From: Candidatus Aminicenantes bacterium
Lineage (GTDB): Bacteria > Acidobacteriota > Aminicenantia > Aminicenantales > Aminicenantaceae
Length of the DNA: 35,849 nucleotides
Direction: 5' to 3'
Assembly: GCA_030673995.1 (NCBI GenBank)
Contig: DAOUYU010000001.1
Coordinates: 1 to 35,849 of the forward strand
The position numbers were made by a program, and so were the translations under genes. The notes beneath the pieces are model-generated. The model was not told where the DNA came from, made no database searches, and worked only from the letters and a program-made list of their open reading frames with translations. Shown piece by piece: positions 1-8,583 of this stretch. How positions within the stretch are numbered: the stretch's first letter is position 1; each line of letters starts with the position of its first letter.

Positions 1-69
1 GTTGCCTGTCCCCTTTTTCCTAGCATTTTATTGCCCCCTTTTTCTGTGCCCTTTTTCTAGCATTTTATT
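1..69. repeat. Window-edge copy of a terminator-like half palindrome, plus two direct repeats CCCTTTTTC(C)TAGCATTTTATT at 11-32 and 49-69
   Basis: nt 1-20 GTTGCCTGTCCCCTTTTTCC equals the reverse complement of 25184-25204 apart from one fewer T. It is therefore one arm of the palindrome seen at 25186-25236, and its partner arm would lie outside the window. The direct repeat has a 38-nt period and a 1-nt indel. A third CCCCCTTTTTC motif sits at 34-44. Confidence 0.6.
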
Positions 70-89
70 CCTCCAGGCGAAGCCTTTGT

Positions 90-118
90 TTGCATAATGA
101 AGGGGCCTGTATTATACT
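90..118 (+). promoter_or_regulatory. Candidate sigma70-type promoter for the 150-3332 gene string
   Basis: TTGCAT (90-95), a 17-nt spacer, then TATACT (113-118). An AAGGAG Shine-Dalgarno at 136-141 lies 8 nt before the ATG at 150. This is a motif match only. Confidence 0.4.
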
Positions 119-149
119 AAGTTTTCATTTTTTTTAAGGAGTTACTCAG

Positions 150-1454
150 ATGAAAAACGTTCTCATAATGGGCGCGGCAGGAAGAGATTTCCACAACTTC
201 AACGTCTTTTTCAGAGAGAAGGAAGAATACCGTGTCGCAGCCTTCACGGCAACCCAGATCCCGGACATAGAGGGCCGAAAATACCCGGCTTCTCTTGCAG
301 GAACGCTTTATCCTGACGGAATTCCAATCTTTTCCGAGGAAAAACTTGCCACGCTCATTAAAAAACATGAAATCTCAGATGTTTTTTTCTCTTATAGCGA
401 TGTGCACTATGAATACATCATGCACAAAGCATCACAGGTATTAGCCGCAGGAGCAAGCTTTACTCTCCTCGGCCCTCAAGAAACGATGTTGAAGAGCAAA
501 CTCCCCGTGATCTCGGTCTGTGCTGTCCGGACTGGATGTGGAAAGAGCCAGACAAGCCGGAAAATTGCGCTTCTTATCAAAGAAAAAGGGAAACGTGTTG
601 TTGTCATCCGCCATCCTATGCCTTACGGAGATTTAGCGAAGCAGAAGGTTCAGCGTTTTGCTTCTTATGAAGACATGATAAAGCATGAGTGCACCATAGA
701 AGAAATGGAAGAATACGAGCCCCATATCAAGGATGGTATTGTCGTCTACGCCGGCGTGGATTACGGTGCTATACTCAAAGAGGCAGAAAAAGAGGCCGAT
801 ATCATTCTCTGGGACGGAGGAAATAACGACTTTTCATTCTACCAGTCCAATTTAGAGATTGTAGTCGTCGATCCTCACAGACCCGGCCATGAACTCCTGT
901 ATTACCCCGGAGAGGTAAATTTCAGGAGAGCCCATGTGTTAGTGATCAACAAGATGGACAGCGCCGAGAAAGAAAAGTTAAACCTACTCCTTGAAAACAT
1001 CAAAAAGTTCAATCCCGCAGCAACCGTTATCCGCGCCAACTCAGCAATTTCTGTCCCAGAAGGAGAAGAAATCTCCGGTAAGACAGTCCTGGTCATTGAA
1101 GATGGACCAACACTGACCCACGGAGAAATGCCTTACGGCGCGGGAGTGATTGCCGCTACGAGATACAGAGCCTCAAAAATCATAGACCCGAGGCCTTTTG
1201 CTGTAGGAAGCATCAATGAGACATTCCAAAAATACACCCATTTGGATAAAGTGCTTCCAGCCATGGGGTATGGAAAAAAACAAATGGCCGAGCTTGCCGA
1301 GACTATTGATAAAATCGAGTGCGACCTCGTGGTCAGCGGCACTCCCATTGACCTTGGCCGGCTGATCAAAACAAATAAAAGAATCCTTCGTGTCTCCTAT
1401 GAACTGGAGGAAATCGGCACCCCGGATCTTGAGGAGGTCCTGAAAGAATTCTGA
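150..1454 (+). CDS. P-loop protein of the COG2403 / cyclic 2,3-diphosphoglycerate synthetase-like family (often annotated as predicted GTPase)
   Basis: 434-aa ORF with a good SD. The N-terminus MKNVLIMGAAGRDFHNFNVFFR and the Walker-A-like VRTGCGKSQTSRK match my recollection of this family. Its stop overlaps the next ATG (TGATG). Confidence 0.55.
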   Translation: MKNVLIMGAAGRDFHNFNVFFREKEEYRVAAFTATQIPDIEGRKYPASLAGTLYPDGIPIFSEEKLATLIKKHEISDVFFSYSDVHYEYIMHKASQVLAAGASFTLLGPQETMLKSKLPVISVCAVRTGCGKSQTSRKIALLIKEKGKRVVVIRHPMPYGDLAKQKVQRFASYEDMIKHECTIEEMEEYEPHIKDGIVVYAGVDYGAILKEAEKEADIILWDGGNNDFSFYQSNLEIVVVDPHRPGHELLYYPGEVNFRRAHVLVINKMDSAEKEKLNLLLENIKKFNPAATVIRANSAISVPEGEEISGKTVLVIEDGPTLTHGEMPYGAGVIAATRYRASKIIDPRPFAVGSINETFQKYTHLDKVLPAMGYGKKQMAELAETIDKIECDLVVSGTPIDLGRLIKTNKRILRVSYELEEIGTPDLEEVLKEF

Positions 1455-2404
1455 TGAAAAGAAAAATCGCGCTTATTGCCTTCGGTGGAAATGCCATCCT
1501 CCCTGAAACACAGAGGGGACTCCAAACAGAGCAGATGAATAACGCCAAAAAAGCTGCCTCCCTAATGATCCATATCATAAAAAAAGGCTATGACCTTATC
1601 ATCGTTCACGGCAACGGTCCTCAAGTCGGCAATCTCCTCATTCAAATGGAGGAGGCGAGTAACAAAATTCCCCCTTTCTCTTTAGAAATTTGTGATGCCA
1701 TGACTGAAGGGAGCATGGGTTTTATGCTCGAGAAGGCCGTTATCAACGAACTCCGCAAGAACTCTCTTGACAAGGAAGTGGCCACATTGATTACCCAGGT
1801 GGTTGTCGACAGGGACGATCCCGCTTTTAAGAACCCCAGCAAGCCCATCGGCCCTTTCTACACAAAATACAGGGCCCGGATGCTTATCAAAGAGAAAAAA
1901 TGGAAAATGATAGAAGACTCCGGCCGTGGATACCGCAAAGTTGTCCCTTCTCCCAGGCCCATCGATATTGTCCCCAAGAGAATCATCCGGGACCTGATCC
2001 ATTCGGGAAAAATCGTCATCACATCAGGCGGGGGGGGCATACCAGTCATCATCAACTCCAGGGGTTTCTTTGAGGGAGTCGAGGCCGTTATCGACAAAGA
2101 TTATGCCGCAAGCCTTCTTGCCCGAGAAGCTAATGCAGAGCTTTTTATCATCTTGACCAACGTGGAACGGGTCTATTTGAATTACGGCTCTCCAGATGAA
2201 AAGCCCATCCCGGTCATGACGGTCGGCCAGGCTAAAAAACATCTATCCCAGGGACAGTTCCCAGCCGGTTCCATGGGTCCTAAAATCAAGGCTGCCATAG
2301 AATACATCGAAGGAGGAGGGAAAGAAATGCTGATAACCTCAGCTAATCAACTCAAAGCGTCTTTGATCAATCGTTCGGGGACGAAAATTAGACCTTTGCA
2401 ATAG
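1454..2404 (+). CDS. arcC: Carbamate kinase
   Basis: 316 aa. The N-terminal IALIAFGGNAILP, the HGNGPQVGN motif and the SGGGGIPV motif are typical of carbamate kinase (amino-acid kinase fold). Confidence 0.9.
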   Translation: MKRKIALIAFGGNAILPETQRGLQTEQMNNAKKAASLMIHIIKKGYDLIIVHGNGPQVGNLLIQMEEASNKIPPFSLEICDAMTEGSMGFMLEKAVINELRKNSLDKEVATLITQVVVDRDDPAFKNPSKPIGPFYTKYRARMLIKEKKWKMIEDSGRGYRKVVPSPRPIDIVPKRIIRDLIHSGKIVITSGGGGIPVIINSRGFFEGVEAVIDKDYAASLLAREANAELFIILTNVERVYLNYGSPDEKPIPVMTVGQAKKHLSQGQFPAGSMGPKIKAAIEYIEGGGKEMLITSANQLKASLINRSGTKIRPLQ

Positions 2405-2411
2405 GAAAAAA

Positions 2412-3332
2412 ATGTTGGAAGACTTCATTTCTGTACATGATCTAAGCCTTTACCAGTTCAGCAAAATACTGGACTTGACTCAGGAGATCAAGGACCACCC
2501 CCGGCGTTTCCAGAATAAACTCAAAAACAAAATCCTTGCAATGATCTTCGAAAAAGCCTCTTTACGCACCAGGATGACATTTGAAGTGGGAATGATCGAA
2601 CTCGGAGGGGAAGCTGTCTATTTGAGCCCATCGGATATCGCAATAGGCACAAGGGAAACCCCCTACGATGTAGGAAAGAACCTTGAGAGATGGGTGAGTG
2701 GCATAATGATCAGAACCTTTGCTCACAAGAATGTTATTGATCTAGCTGAAGCCTCTCGCATCCCTGTCATCAACGCTCTAACCGACCTCCTTCACCCCTG
2801 CCAGGCCATGGCAGATTTTTTCACTTTAAAAGAGAGGCGAGGAGACATGTTAAACCTCAAGCTGGCTTATGTAGGAGACGGTAATAATGTCTGTCACAGC
2901 CTTCTTTTTACTGCAGCAAAAGCCGGGAGCAAAATCAGTGTAGCGACACCTCCTGGATATGAACCCCAACCAGAGATTATCAAACAGGCAGAAGATGACG
3001 CTCAGGAAACGGGAGGAAGCTTCTTCTTCACAAATGACCCCGCTGATGCTGTCGAGGCTGCTGATGCCGTATATACTGATACTTGGGCTTCCATGGGACA
3101 GGAAAATGAAAAAGAAAAAAGAGCCGAAATTTTCGCTCCTTATCAAGTCAACAAGGAACTGATGGCAAAAGCCAAAAAAGACGCCCTTTTTATGCATTGT
3201 CTTCCGGCCCACCGGGGAGAAGAAGTCACGGATGATGTCATTGATTCTTCACAATCCATAGTTTACGATCAAGCTGAAAACAGACTTCATGTACAGAAGG
3301 TCATCCTGCTTTTACTCTTAGAGAAACAATAA
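2412..3332 (+). CDS. argF: Ornithine carbamoyltransferase
   Basis: 306 aa. Carbamoyl-phosphate motif S-L-R-T-R (a variant of STRTR), then HPCQ, DTWASMG and HCLPAHRGEE (the ornithine-binding DxxxSMG and HCLP motifs). Confidence 0.9.
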   Translation: MLEDFISVHDLSLYQFSKILDLTQEIKDHPRRFQNKLKNKILAMIFEKASLRTRMTFEVGMIELGGEAVYLSPSDIAIGTRETPYDVGKNLERWVSGIMIRTFAHKNVIDLAEASRIPVINALTDLLHPCQAMADFFTLKERRGDMLNLKLAYVGDGNNVCHSLLFTAAKAGSKISVATPPGYEPQPEIIKQAEDDAQETGGSFFFTNDPADAVEAADAVYTDTWASMGQENEKEKRAEIFAPYQVNKELMAKAKKDALFMHCLPAHRGEEVTDDVIDSSQSIVYDQAENRLHVQKVILLLLLEKQ

Positions 3333-3339
3333 AAAAACA

Positions 3340-5424
3340 ATGAGTGACAACAACGAAAATACAAAAATCACTGAAAAAGACCTTCTTTTTATCGAAAAAG
3401 AACTCTCTCAAACTAACAAAACTATCTCCTTCCACGAGTTGACAAAAAAACTGGCTTACAAAAAGACCTCCAGTCAACTGAGTAAAGAGGTCAAAATATA
3501 TGATCCCAGCTGCAAGTATGAAATCAACGACTTCATCTATAAAGAATATGACGAACCCTTGATGGTCAGCAGTAAAGGCGTAGAACTCTTTAAGGGAGCT
3601 GTTGTTTTAGAGGTCGTCAATAAAACCGCCTACGAAGATTACGGTTGTGAGATGTTGCAGGTTGATTATGCAGGAGGAGGATTTTTTCGGAAATACATGG
3701 ACTACATGAAGAAAGCAAAAGCTCAAGTTCTTCTCCCCTGCAATCTTGAAGGGAAAGCAGCTATCCCTGAAAAGATGGAAAAAAAAGAAGACCCACGGCT
3801 GACCGAGCTTCCTATGACAGATAGAGACTTAAAAGCCCTGGGAAAAAACATGAGAACAGCTTTACAAAAATCATCGAAATTCTTCAATTGGAACGAGTTT
3901 TGGCAACTCACAAAGAAACAAATAGAAATTAAGGATGAAAAAATAAAGGAGATTGAAAATCATATTCTAAAGGAGAAAGTATCGACAGCAACATCAGAGC
4001 TGGTGGATAAATTCTTTAACACGAAGAGTTCGGATGATCTTTTTGAGCTTTACTGTATGAGTTTAAACTTCATGCTCGAAAAAAAGCACAAGAAGGACTT
4101 TGTCTATGCTTGCCCTCTTGATTGGGGAAAATGGCATCTGAAGACAATACTCAATTCCTTGCCTAAGAATTTAGCCCTCTCGGCTCCAAAAGCCACGCTC
4201 CCTGTTTTCGCAGGCAAAGAAGAAGAGGAAACGATTCAAACCCAAGATTTCTCTCTAAAAATCTATCTCACCTGGAGAGAACTCCTTTCTGGGGGCATCC
4301 AAATTTCCAGAAGCCTCAATAAAGAGCTCTCTCCTTGTAGAGAATACATTTTTACCGATATTGAAGAAGGCAAGGATTACACTGTCTATCACTACCCACA
4401 GCACAGCTTTCTTCTGGGTTTAAAAGATTTCTACAAGAACAATAATGTTCCTCAGGGTGCAAGCCTGACATTAGAAAGGAAAGGAGTCAATCAATTCAGC
4501 TTCTGGTTGAAGAAATCAAAGAAAAAACTTTCTGCAATGAAAATGTCGTACAACCCTAAAGAAGATAAACTTTCTCTGGACGAAGAAGAACTCTTCACCT
4601 TCGCTATTCCCAATAAAATTATCCACATAGAGAGAGAAACCCTGAAAAAGCTCCTCTTGCTTTACCCAAAAAGAGATAATCTGGATCTCCATGAGTTTTT
4701 GGTTCTCATTTTTAAAAATTTTGGTATGGAGAACAAGAATTCTTCCCTTCATTTTCTCAGAGCTTATCATCTGATCGATGTTCTAAAATGCACTACCCAG
4801 GAAGAGGTTGAAAAAGCTCTACTCCGTTCAACAGAATTCTCACAATCCGAAAAATCCAAAGGTATCTTCTTTTACCATGAAATAATAAAAGTCGAAGAAG
4901 AAGAGGAGCCTGAAAAACCCGCTGTAATTATTCCTGAAATGCCTCCTGAGGAAGCAGTTGAAGAAGCCCCTCCTTTAGCCACAAGCACACAAGAAGCTCC
5001 TGTTGAGGAAATTCCACCGCCTGAAGCCAGGGAGGGAACGAAAGAAGTAAGAGTTGAAGTTCCTTTCGAACCCCTTGAAACAGAAATTGCAGGGAAAGAA
5101 AAAATTGAAGAGCCTCTGAAGCCAAAAAGAGAAAAGGTAACAAAGAAGCAAAGAGTAATGATGGAGGCCGAGAGAGTCCCTCGCGCAAGAAAAGGAGAGA
5201 AAAGATATATCGAAGAAAAAATTGAGCTCGAAGAATCCGAACAGGAGGCATTTTTAGCTGTTAAGGCCAAGGAGAAAAAAGAAGCTAAAGAAGAAAAAGC
5301 CACAGCACCCCCCGAGGAAAAAAAGAAAGAGTTTAAACGATATGTCTCCGAAGAACCCGCTTTTGGTCTCTTTGCTGAAAAGCTCAAAACAGCTTTAGAC
5401 AAAACAAAGAAAGAAAAGAAATAA
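3340..5424 (+). CDS. Hypothetical 694-aa protein with a roughly 180-aa Glu/Lys/Pro-rich low-complexity C-terminal tail
   Basis: Long uninterrupted ORF whose ATG follows 7 nt after the argF stop. No signal peptide or TM segment is visible and I recognise no family. The tail from about residue 515 is EEEEEPEKP...KKEAKEEKATAPPEEKKKE. Confidence 0.75.
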   Translation: MSDNNENTKITEKDLLFIEKELSQTNKTISFHELTKKLAYKKTSSQLSKEVKIYDPSCKYEINDFIYKEYDEPLMVSSKGVELFKGAVVLEVVNKTAYEDYGCEMLQVDYAGGGFFRKYMDYMKKAKAQVLLPCNLEGKAAIPEKMEKKEDPRLTELPMTDRDLKALGKNMRTALQKSSKFFNWNEFWQLTKKQIEIKDEKIKEIENHILKEKVSTATSELVDKFFNTKSSDDLFELYCMSLNFMLEKKHKKDFVYACPLDWGKWHLKTILNSLPKNLALSAPKATLPVFAGKEEEETIQTQDFSLKIYLTWRELLSGGIQISRSLNKELSPCREYIFTDIEEGKDYTVYHYPQHSFLLGLKDFYKNNNVPQGASLTLERKGVNQFSFWLKKSKKKLSAMKMSYNPKEDKLSLDEEELFTFAIPNKIIHIERETLKKLLLLYPKRDNLDLHEFLVLIFKNFGMENKNSSLHFLRAYHLIDVLKCTTQEEVEKALLRSTEFSQSEKSKGIFFYHEIIKVEEEEEPEKPAVIIPEMPPEEAVEEAPPLATSTQEAPVEEIPPPEAREGTKEVRVEVPFEPLETEIAGKEKIEEPLKPKREKVTKKQRVMMEAERVPRARKGEKRYIEEKIELEESEQEAFLAVKAKEKKEAKEEKATAPPEEKKKEFKRYVSEEPAFGLFAEKLKTALDKTKKEKK

Positions 5425-5429
5425 AACAG

Positions 5430-6515
5430 TCACAGAATTTCCCGCAACGAGCCTTTTCTCCGGGTCACCCCCACTTGATCCAGCAACTCAAGAAGAGGAA
5501 TGGCATACTTCCGGCTAAGTCCGGTCATCTTCTTAAAATCTGCAACCGTCAACTCTTTTTTCCCGAATTTTTTGATCCTGCTGATAATCTCATCCAACCA
5601 CCGGGAATGAAGGATCAATCCGTCTCTTCCCTGGACAATCTTTTTTCTCTCGATGAGCAGAGAAAGCATCCTGTCTAACATTTTTGAAGAGAGGCGAAAA
5701 CGCTTTTGAAGCTCCTCAAAAGAAAATGTACAAAATTCTCCTTTAAAGCACATACCCTCCAGGTCTTTTAAGATTTTTTCTTTTTCCGGGGTAAGAACAA
5801 CCATAAAATCAGAGAGCGAGAAGTTGTCTTCTAATGCCTTAATCTGGCCTGCACGCAATAGATGCTTCAGGGCCAATGACAAAATTCTAGAGTGAAGGTC
5901 AAATCTTTTTTTAACTCTCTCCATGGACACTCCCGGTTCCTCTGGATGCTTGTTATGAAAATGAACAAGAAAAGTCAGAATTTTCTGGCAGAGGAAATCA
6001 AGGCTTTCCTGGGAAATAAGAAAAAGAGGGGAAAAAGAGAGGATTCTTATTCTCCCCTCTTGCTCCAATTCCTGGGTCAAGCGAAGAAGGGACCTCTCGG
6101 TCAAAGAAGAAAAATTGATCGCTTCTCTCTCCTTTAAGCCCTTTATCCTCTTTTCCTGGATTAGGGCAAAAAGCATCAGCTTCTCATCTCCCTGTAGACA
6201 CTCAAGGAAGGCTATTCTTTTCTTTATTTTCTTTCTGCTTATTTTCTCCGAAAAGGGATTAAGAACAAGCCCTTCCCCTAAAAGGTTTTTCCCCTCCACT
6301 CCTTTGACCTCAAATTTATCTTTCCATCTTAACAGAAGGCACTTCTGGCAATGGATTCGGACAAAAGAAGGACCCGGCTTTTCCGTAAGAGCTGGCTCAT
6401 AAAAATAAAAAGAGGCAGGAATCTTTATCCCCTGGACAAGAAGCTGGGCCTGTAAGGGCTTTTCTCTGTCTACAGGAGAAATGTTGACAACCGCATCAAA
6501 ACAACCAGTCTTCAT
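5430..6515 (-). CDS. SelB C-terminal-only protein (beta-barrel domain III plus winged-helix domains; no GTPase domain)
   Basis: The C-terminal ...FKKMTGLSRKYAIPLLELLDQVGVTRRKGSLREIL matches the last SelB winged helix. The body is repeated helical WH-like modules. I place the start at the ATG at 6515, which overlaps the rnr stop as ATGA. The ORF-track extension to 6602 runs inside rnr in another frame. No G1-G4 GTPase motifs are present. Confidence 0.75.
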   Translation of the reverse strand: MKTGCFDAVVNISPVDREKPLQAQLLVQGIKIPASFYFYEPALTEKPGPSFVRIHCQKCLLLRWKDKFEVKGVEGKNLLGEGLVLNPFSEKISRKKIKKRIAFLECLQGDEKLMLFALIQEKRIKGLKEREAINFSSLTERSLLRLTQELEQEGRIRILSFSPLFLISQESLDFLCQKILTFLVHFHNKHPEEPGVSMERVKKRFDLHSRILSLALKHLLRAGQIKALEDNFSLSDFMVVLTPEKEKILKDLEGMCFKGEFCTFSFEELQKRFRLSSKMLDRMLSLLIERKKIVQGRDGLILHSRWLDEIISRIKKFGKKELTVADFKKMTGLSRKYAIPLLELLDQVGVTRRKGSLREIL

Positions 6516-8581
6516 CGAGCCTTTTTTTCCCTTTCTGCACTCAATATCAAGCTCAATCTTTTCAGGATAGGATCGACAGCAACACCAATCACTTTCACCC
6601 AATCCCCTAATTCAAATGTCCTCCCTGTTCTTCTACCGGTCAATGTTTTTTCAGATTTTTTAAAATAATAATCTCCATCCATATCTGAATAAGAGATAAT
6701 GCCACCAACAAAATAATCGGCAAGTTCGACAACCAAGCCAGCTCTGGTAATGTCTACAATTATCCCCTCAAATTCCTCTCCGAGCATTCTCTTCAGGAGG
6801 CGAAATATCCTCCATTCCATGAGATCTTTTTCTGCCACCCCTGCATTTCGTTCCTGCTGAGAACAGTGAAGAGCCAACGAAGAAAGAGCGGTCATCTTCA
6901 CTTTTTCTTGTCTGAGAACTGTCTTTAAAATCCGATGGACAGCCAGATCAGGATAGCGTCTGATAGGTGAGGTAAAATGAGTATATTCCTTTTTAGCAAG
7001 GCCGTAATGTCCCTCGTCCTCTTCAGAATAAACGGCTAATTTCAAGGATTTGAGAACCTGCAGATTGATAAATTTTTCCTCCGGCTTCCCCTCAAACTCC
7101 TTCAGAACATACTGCAGATCCCTCGAGTCGACCTTCTTTCCTGAGGGAAGGGAAAGGCCAAAATGAGACAGAATCTCTCTCAGCCTCTCCAGATCCTTTA
7201 AGGCCGGCCGCGGATGGATCCTGCGTATCAATGGAACATGTTTTTGGCTTAAAAATAAGGACACTGCCTCATTGGCTACAACCATGTATTCTTCAATAAC
7301 CCGGTGAGCCTCATTACGCTCAAAAGGCACGACCGAGTGGAGCCTCCCTTCCTTATATACGAGCTCCGGCTCCAGAATGTCAAAATCCAGACTTCCTTGT
7401 TTCACTCTTCTTCTTCTTAATATACGAGCCAGGTCCTCCATCATCAACAAAGCCGAAACTAAATGAGAATACCTTCTTCTCTCTCCCTTATCCCCCTCGA
7501 ATATTTTGTAAACAGAATGATACGTCATCCTCTCTGCTGTCCGGATCAAAGAGGGGTGAAATTCAGTCTTCAAAACCTCTCCGTCCCCGTCTATTTCAAG
7601 TAACACCGAAACGGTTAACCTATCCTCTTTAGGTCTAAGGCTGCATATATGATTGGAAAGCTTCTCCGGCAACATGGGAAGGGTAAGTTCAGGAAAATAA
7701 ACGCTCGTTCCTCTCTCAAAGGCCTCGCGGTCCAGGAAAGAGCCGGGCTTGACATAGTGGGAGACATCAGCAATGTGGACGCCAAGAAGAAAATGTCCAC
7801 TCTCAAGCATTTTTATGCTCACCGCATCATCAAAGTCTTGAGCACTTTCACCATCAATGGTCACAGTCATCCAGTTGCGATAATCTACTCTTTCTTTTTT
7901 ATCCTCCAAACAGATTTTAGAGGTGTACTTTTCAGCCTCTGTTAAAGCTTCTTTTGAGAAAAAAGAGGCTAAATCGTATCTCTGGATGATAACCCGTGTG
8001 TCGACTCCAGGATCATCAGGCATACCCAGAACTTCTTTTAGATGCATCGAATTCCTGTCAACCTCCACAATCATTCCGGGAAGGGGCGAAAGATTCTTTG
8101 TGGAGGCTAGCGGAATCTCTTCCGAGGAAGGGGAGTCGAAGGGGAGAAAAAAGGGTTTTCCCCATCGTTCCTTATAAAGACCAACTCTTCTTCTTTTTCC
8201 CCTTTTTACTATCCTGACCACCCGTCCTTCGGGCTTTCCCTTTTTCCCGCGCTCCATATAGAGGACCTCAACAACATCTCCCTGGAGAGCCCCTCCGGAG
8301 TAACGGCCAGGAATAAAGATGTCTCCCGTAGAATCTCCTTCAGGAGTGACAAATCCGTATCCCCTGAGAGAGGCGACAAGTCTTCCTTTAACCAGATTAG
8401 ACTTAGCAGGGATGAGATACCGTCTTTTCAATCTTAGAATCACTCCCTGACTTTCCAGCCGTCTCAGGCTCTTTTTCAGCGCCTGTCTTTCCCTGGGTGA
8501 GATGCGAAGCTGCAGGGTAATTCTCTGGAAACTCAAACCTTCCCTCTTTTTTTTCAACAGAGATATGACTTTGTTATCCAT
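6512..8581 (-). CDS. rnr: Ribonuclease R (RNase II/VacB family 3'-5' exoribonuclease)
   Basis: 689 aa. It has an N-terminal HTH/cold-shock-like region, an RNB domain with the HFTSPIRRYPDL signature, and a C-terminal S1 domain followed by a short basic tail. Confidence 0.92.
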   Translation of the reverse strand: MDNKVISLLKKKREGLSFQRITLQLRISPRERQALKKSLRRLESQGVILRLKRRYLIPAKSNLVKGRLVASLRGYGFVTPEGDSTGDIFIPGRYSGGALQGDVVEVLYMERGKKGKPEGRVVRIVKRGKRRRVGLYKERWGKPFFLPFDSPSSEEIPLASTKNLSPLPGMIVEVDRNSMHLKEVLGMPDDPGVDTRVIIQRYDLASFFSKEALTEAEKYTSKICLEDKKERVDYRNWMTVTIDGESAQDFDDAVSIKMLESGHFLLGVHIADVSHYVKPGSFLDREAFERGTSVYFPELTLPMLPEKLSNHICSLRPKEDRLTVSVLLEIDGDGEVLKTEFHPSLIRTAERMTYHSVYKIFEGDKGERRRYSHLVSALLMMEDLARILRRRRVKQGSLDFDILEPELVYKEGRLHSVVPFERNEAHRVIEEYMVVANEAVSLFLSQKHVPLIRRIHPRPALKDLERLREILSHFGLSLPSGKKVDSRDLQYVLKEFEGKPEEKFINLQVLKSLKLAVYSEEDEGHYGLAKKEYTHFTSPIRRYPDLAVHRILKTVLRQEKVKMTALSSLALHCSQQERNAGVAEKDLMEWRIFRLLKRMLGEEFEGIIVDITRAGLVVELADYFVGGIISYSDMDGDYYFKKSEKTLTGRRTGRTFELGDWVKVIGVAVDPILKRLSLILSAEREKKAR

Positions 8582-8583
8582 TT

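Noticed and set aside
2412-3332. Non-canonical transcarbamylase (acetyl- or succinyl-ornithine, or putrescine type), suggested by SLRTR in place of STRTR
   Set aside because: The ornithine-specific DxxxSMG and HCLP motifs are both intact, so a canonical OTC is the simpler call. Anabolic versus catabolic role cannot be decided from the sequence.
6516-6602. N-terminal extension of the SelB-like ORF (MGESDWCCCRSYPEKIELDIECRKGKKGS) given by the ORF track
   Set aside because: It lies entirely inside the rnr coding region in a different frame. The ATG at 6515 gives the classic ATGA stop/start overlap and has an AGG-containing SD-like stretch upstream.
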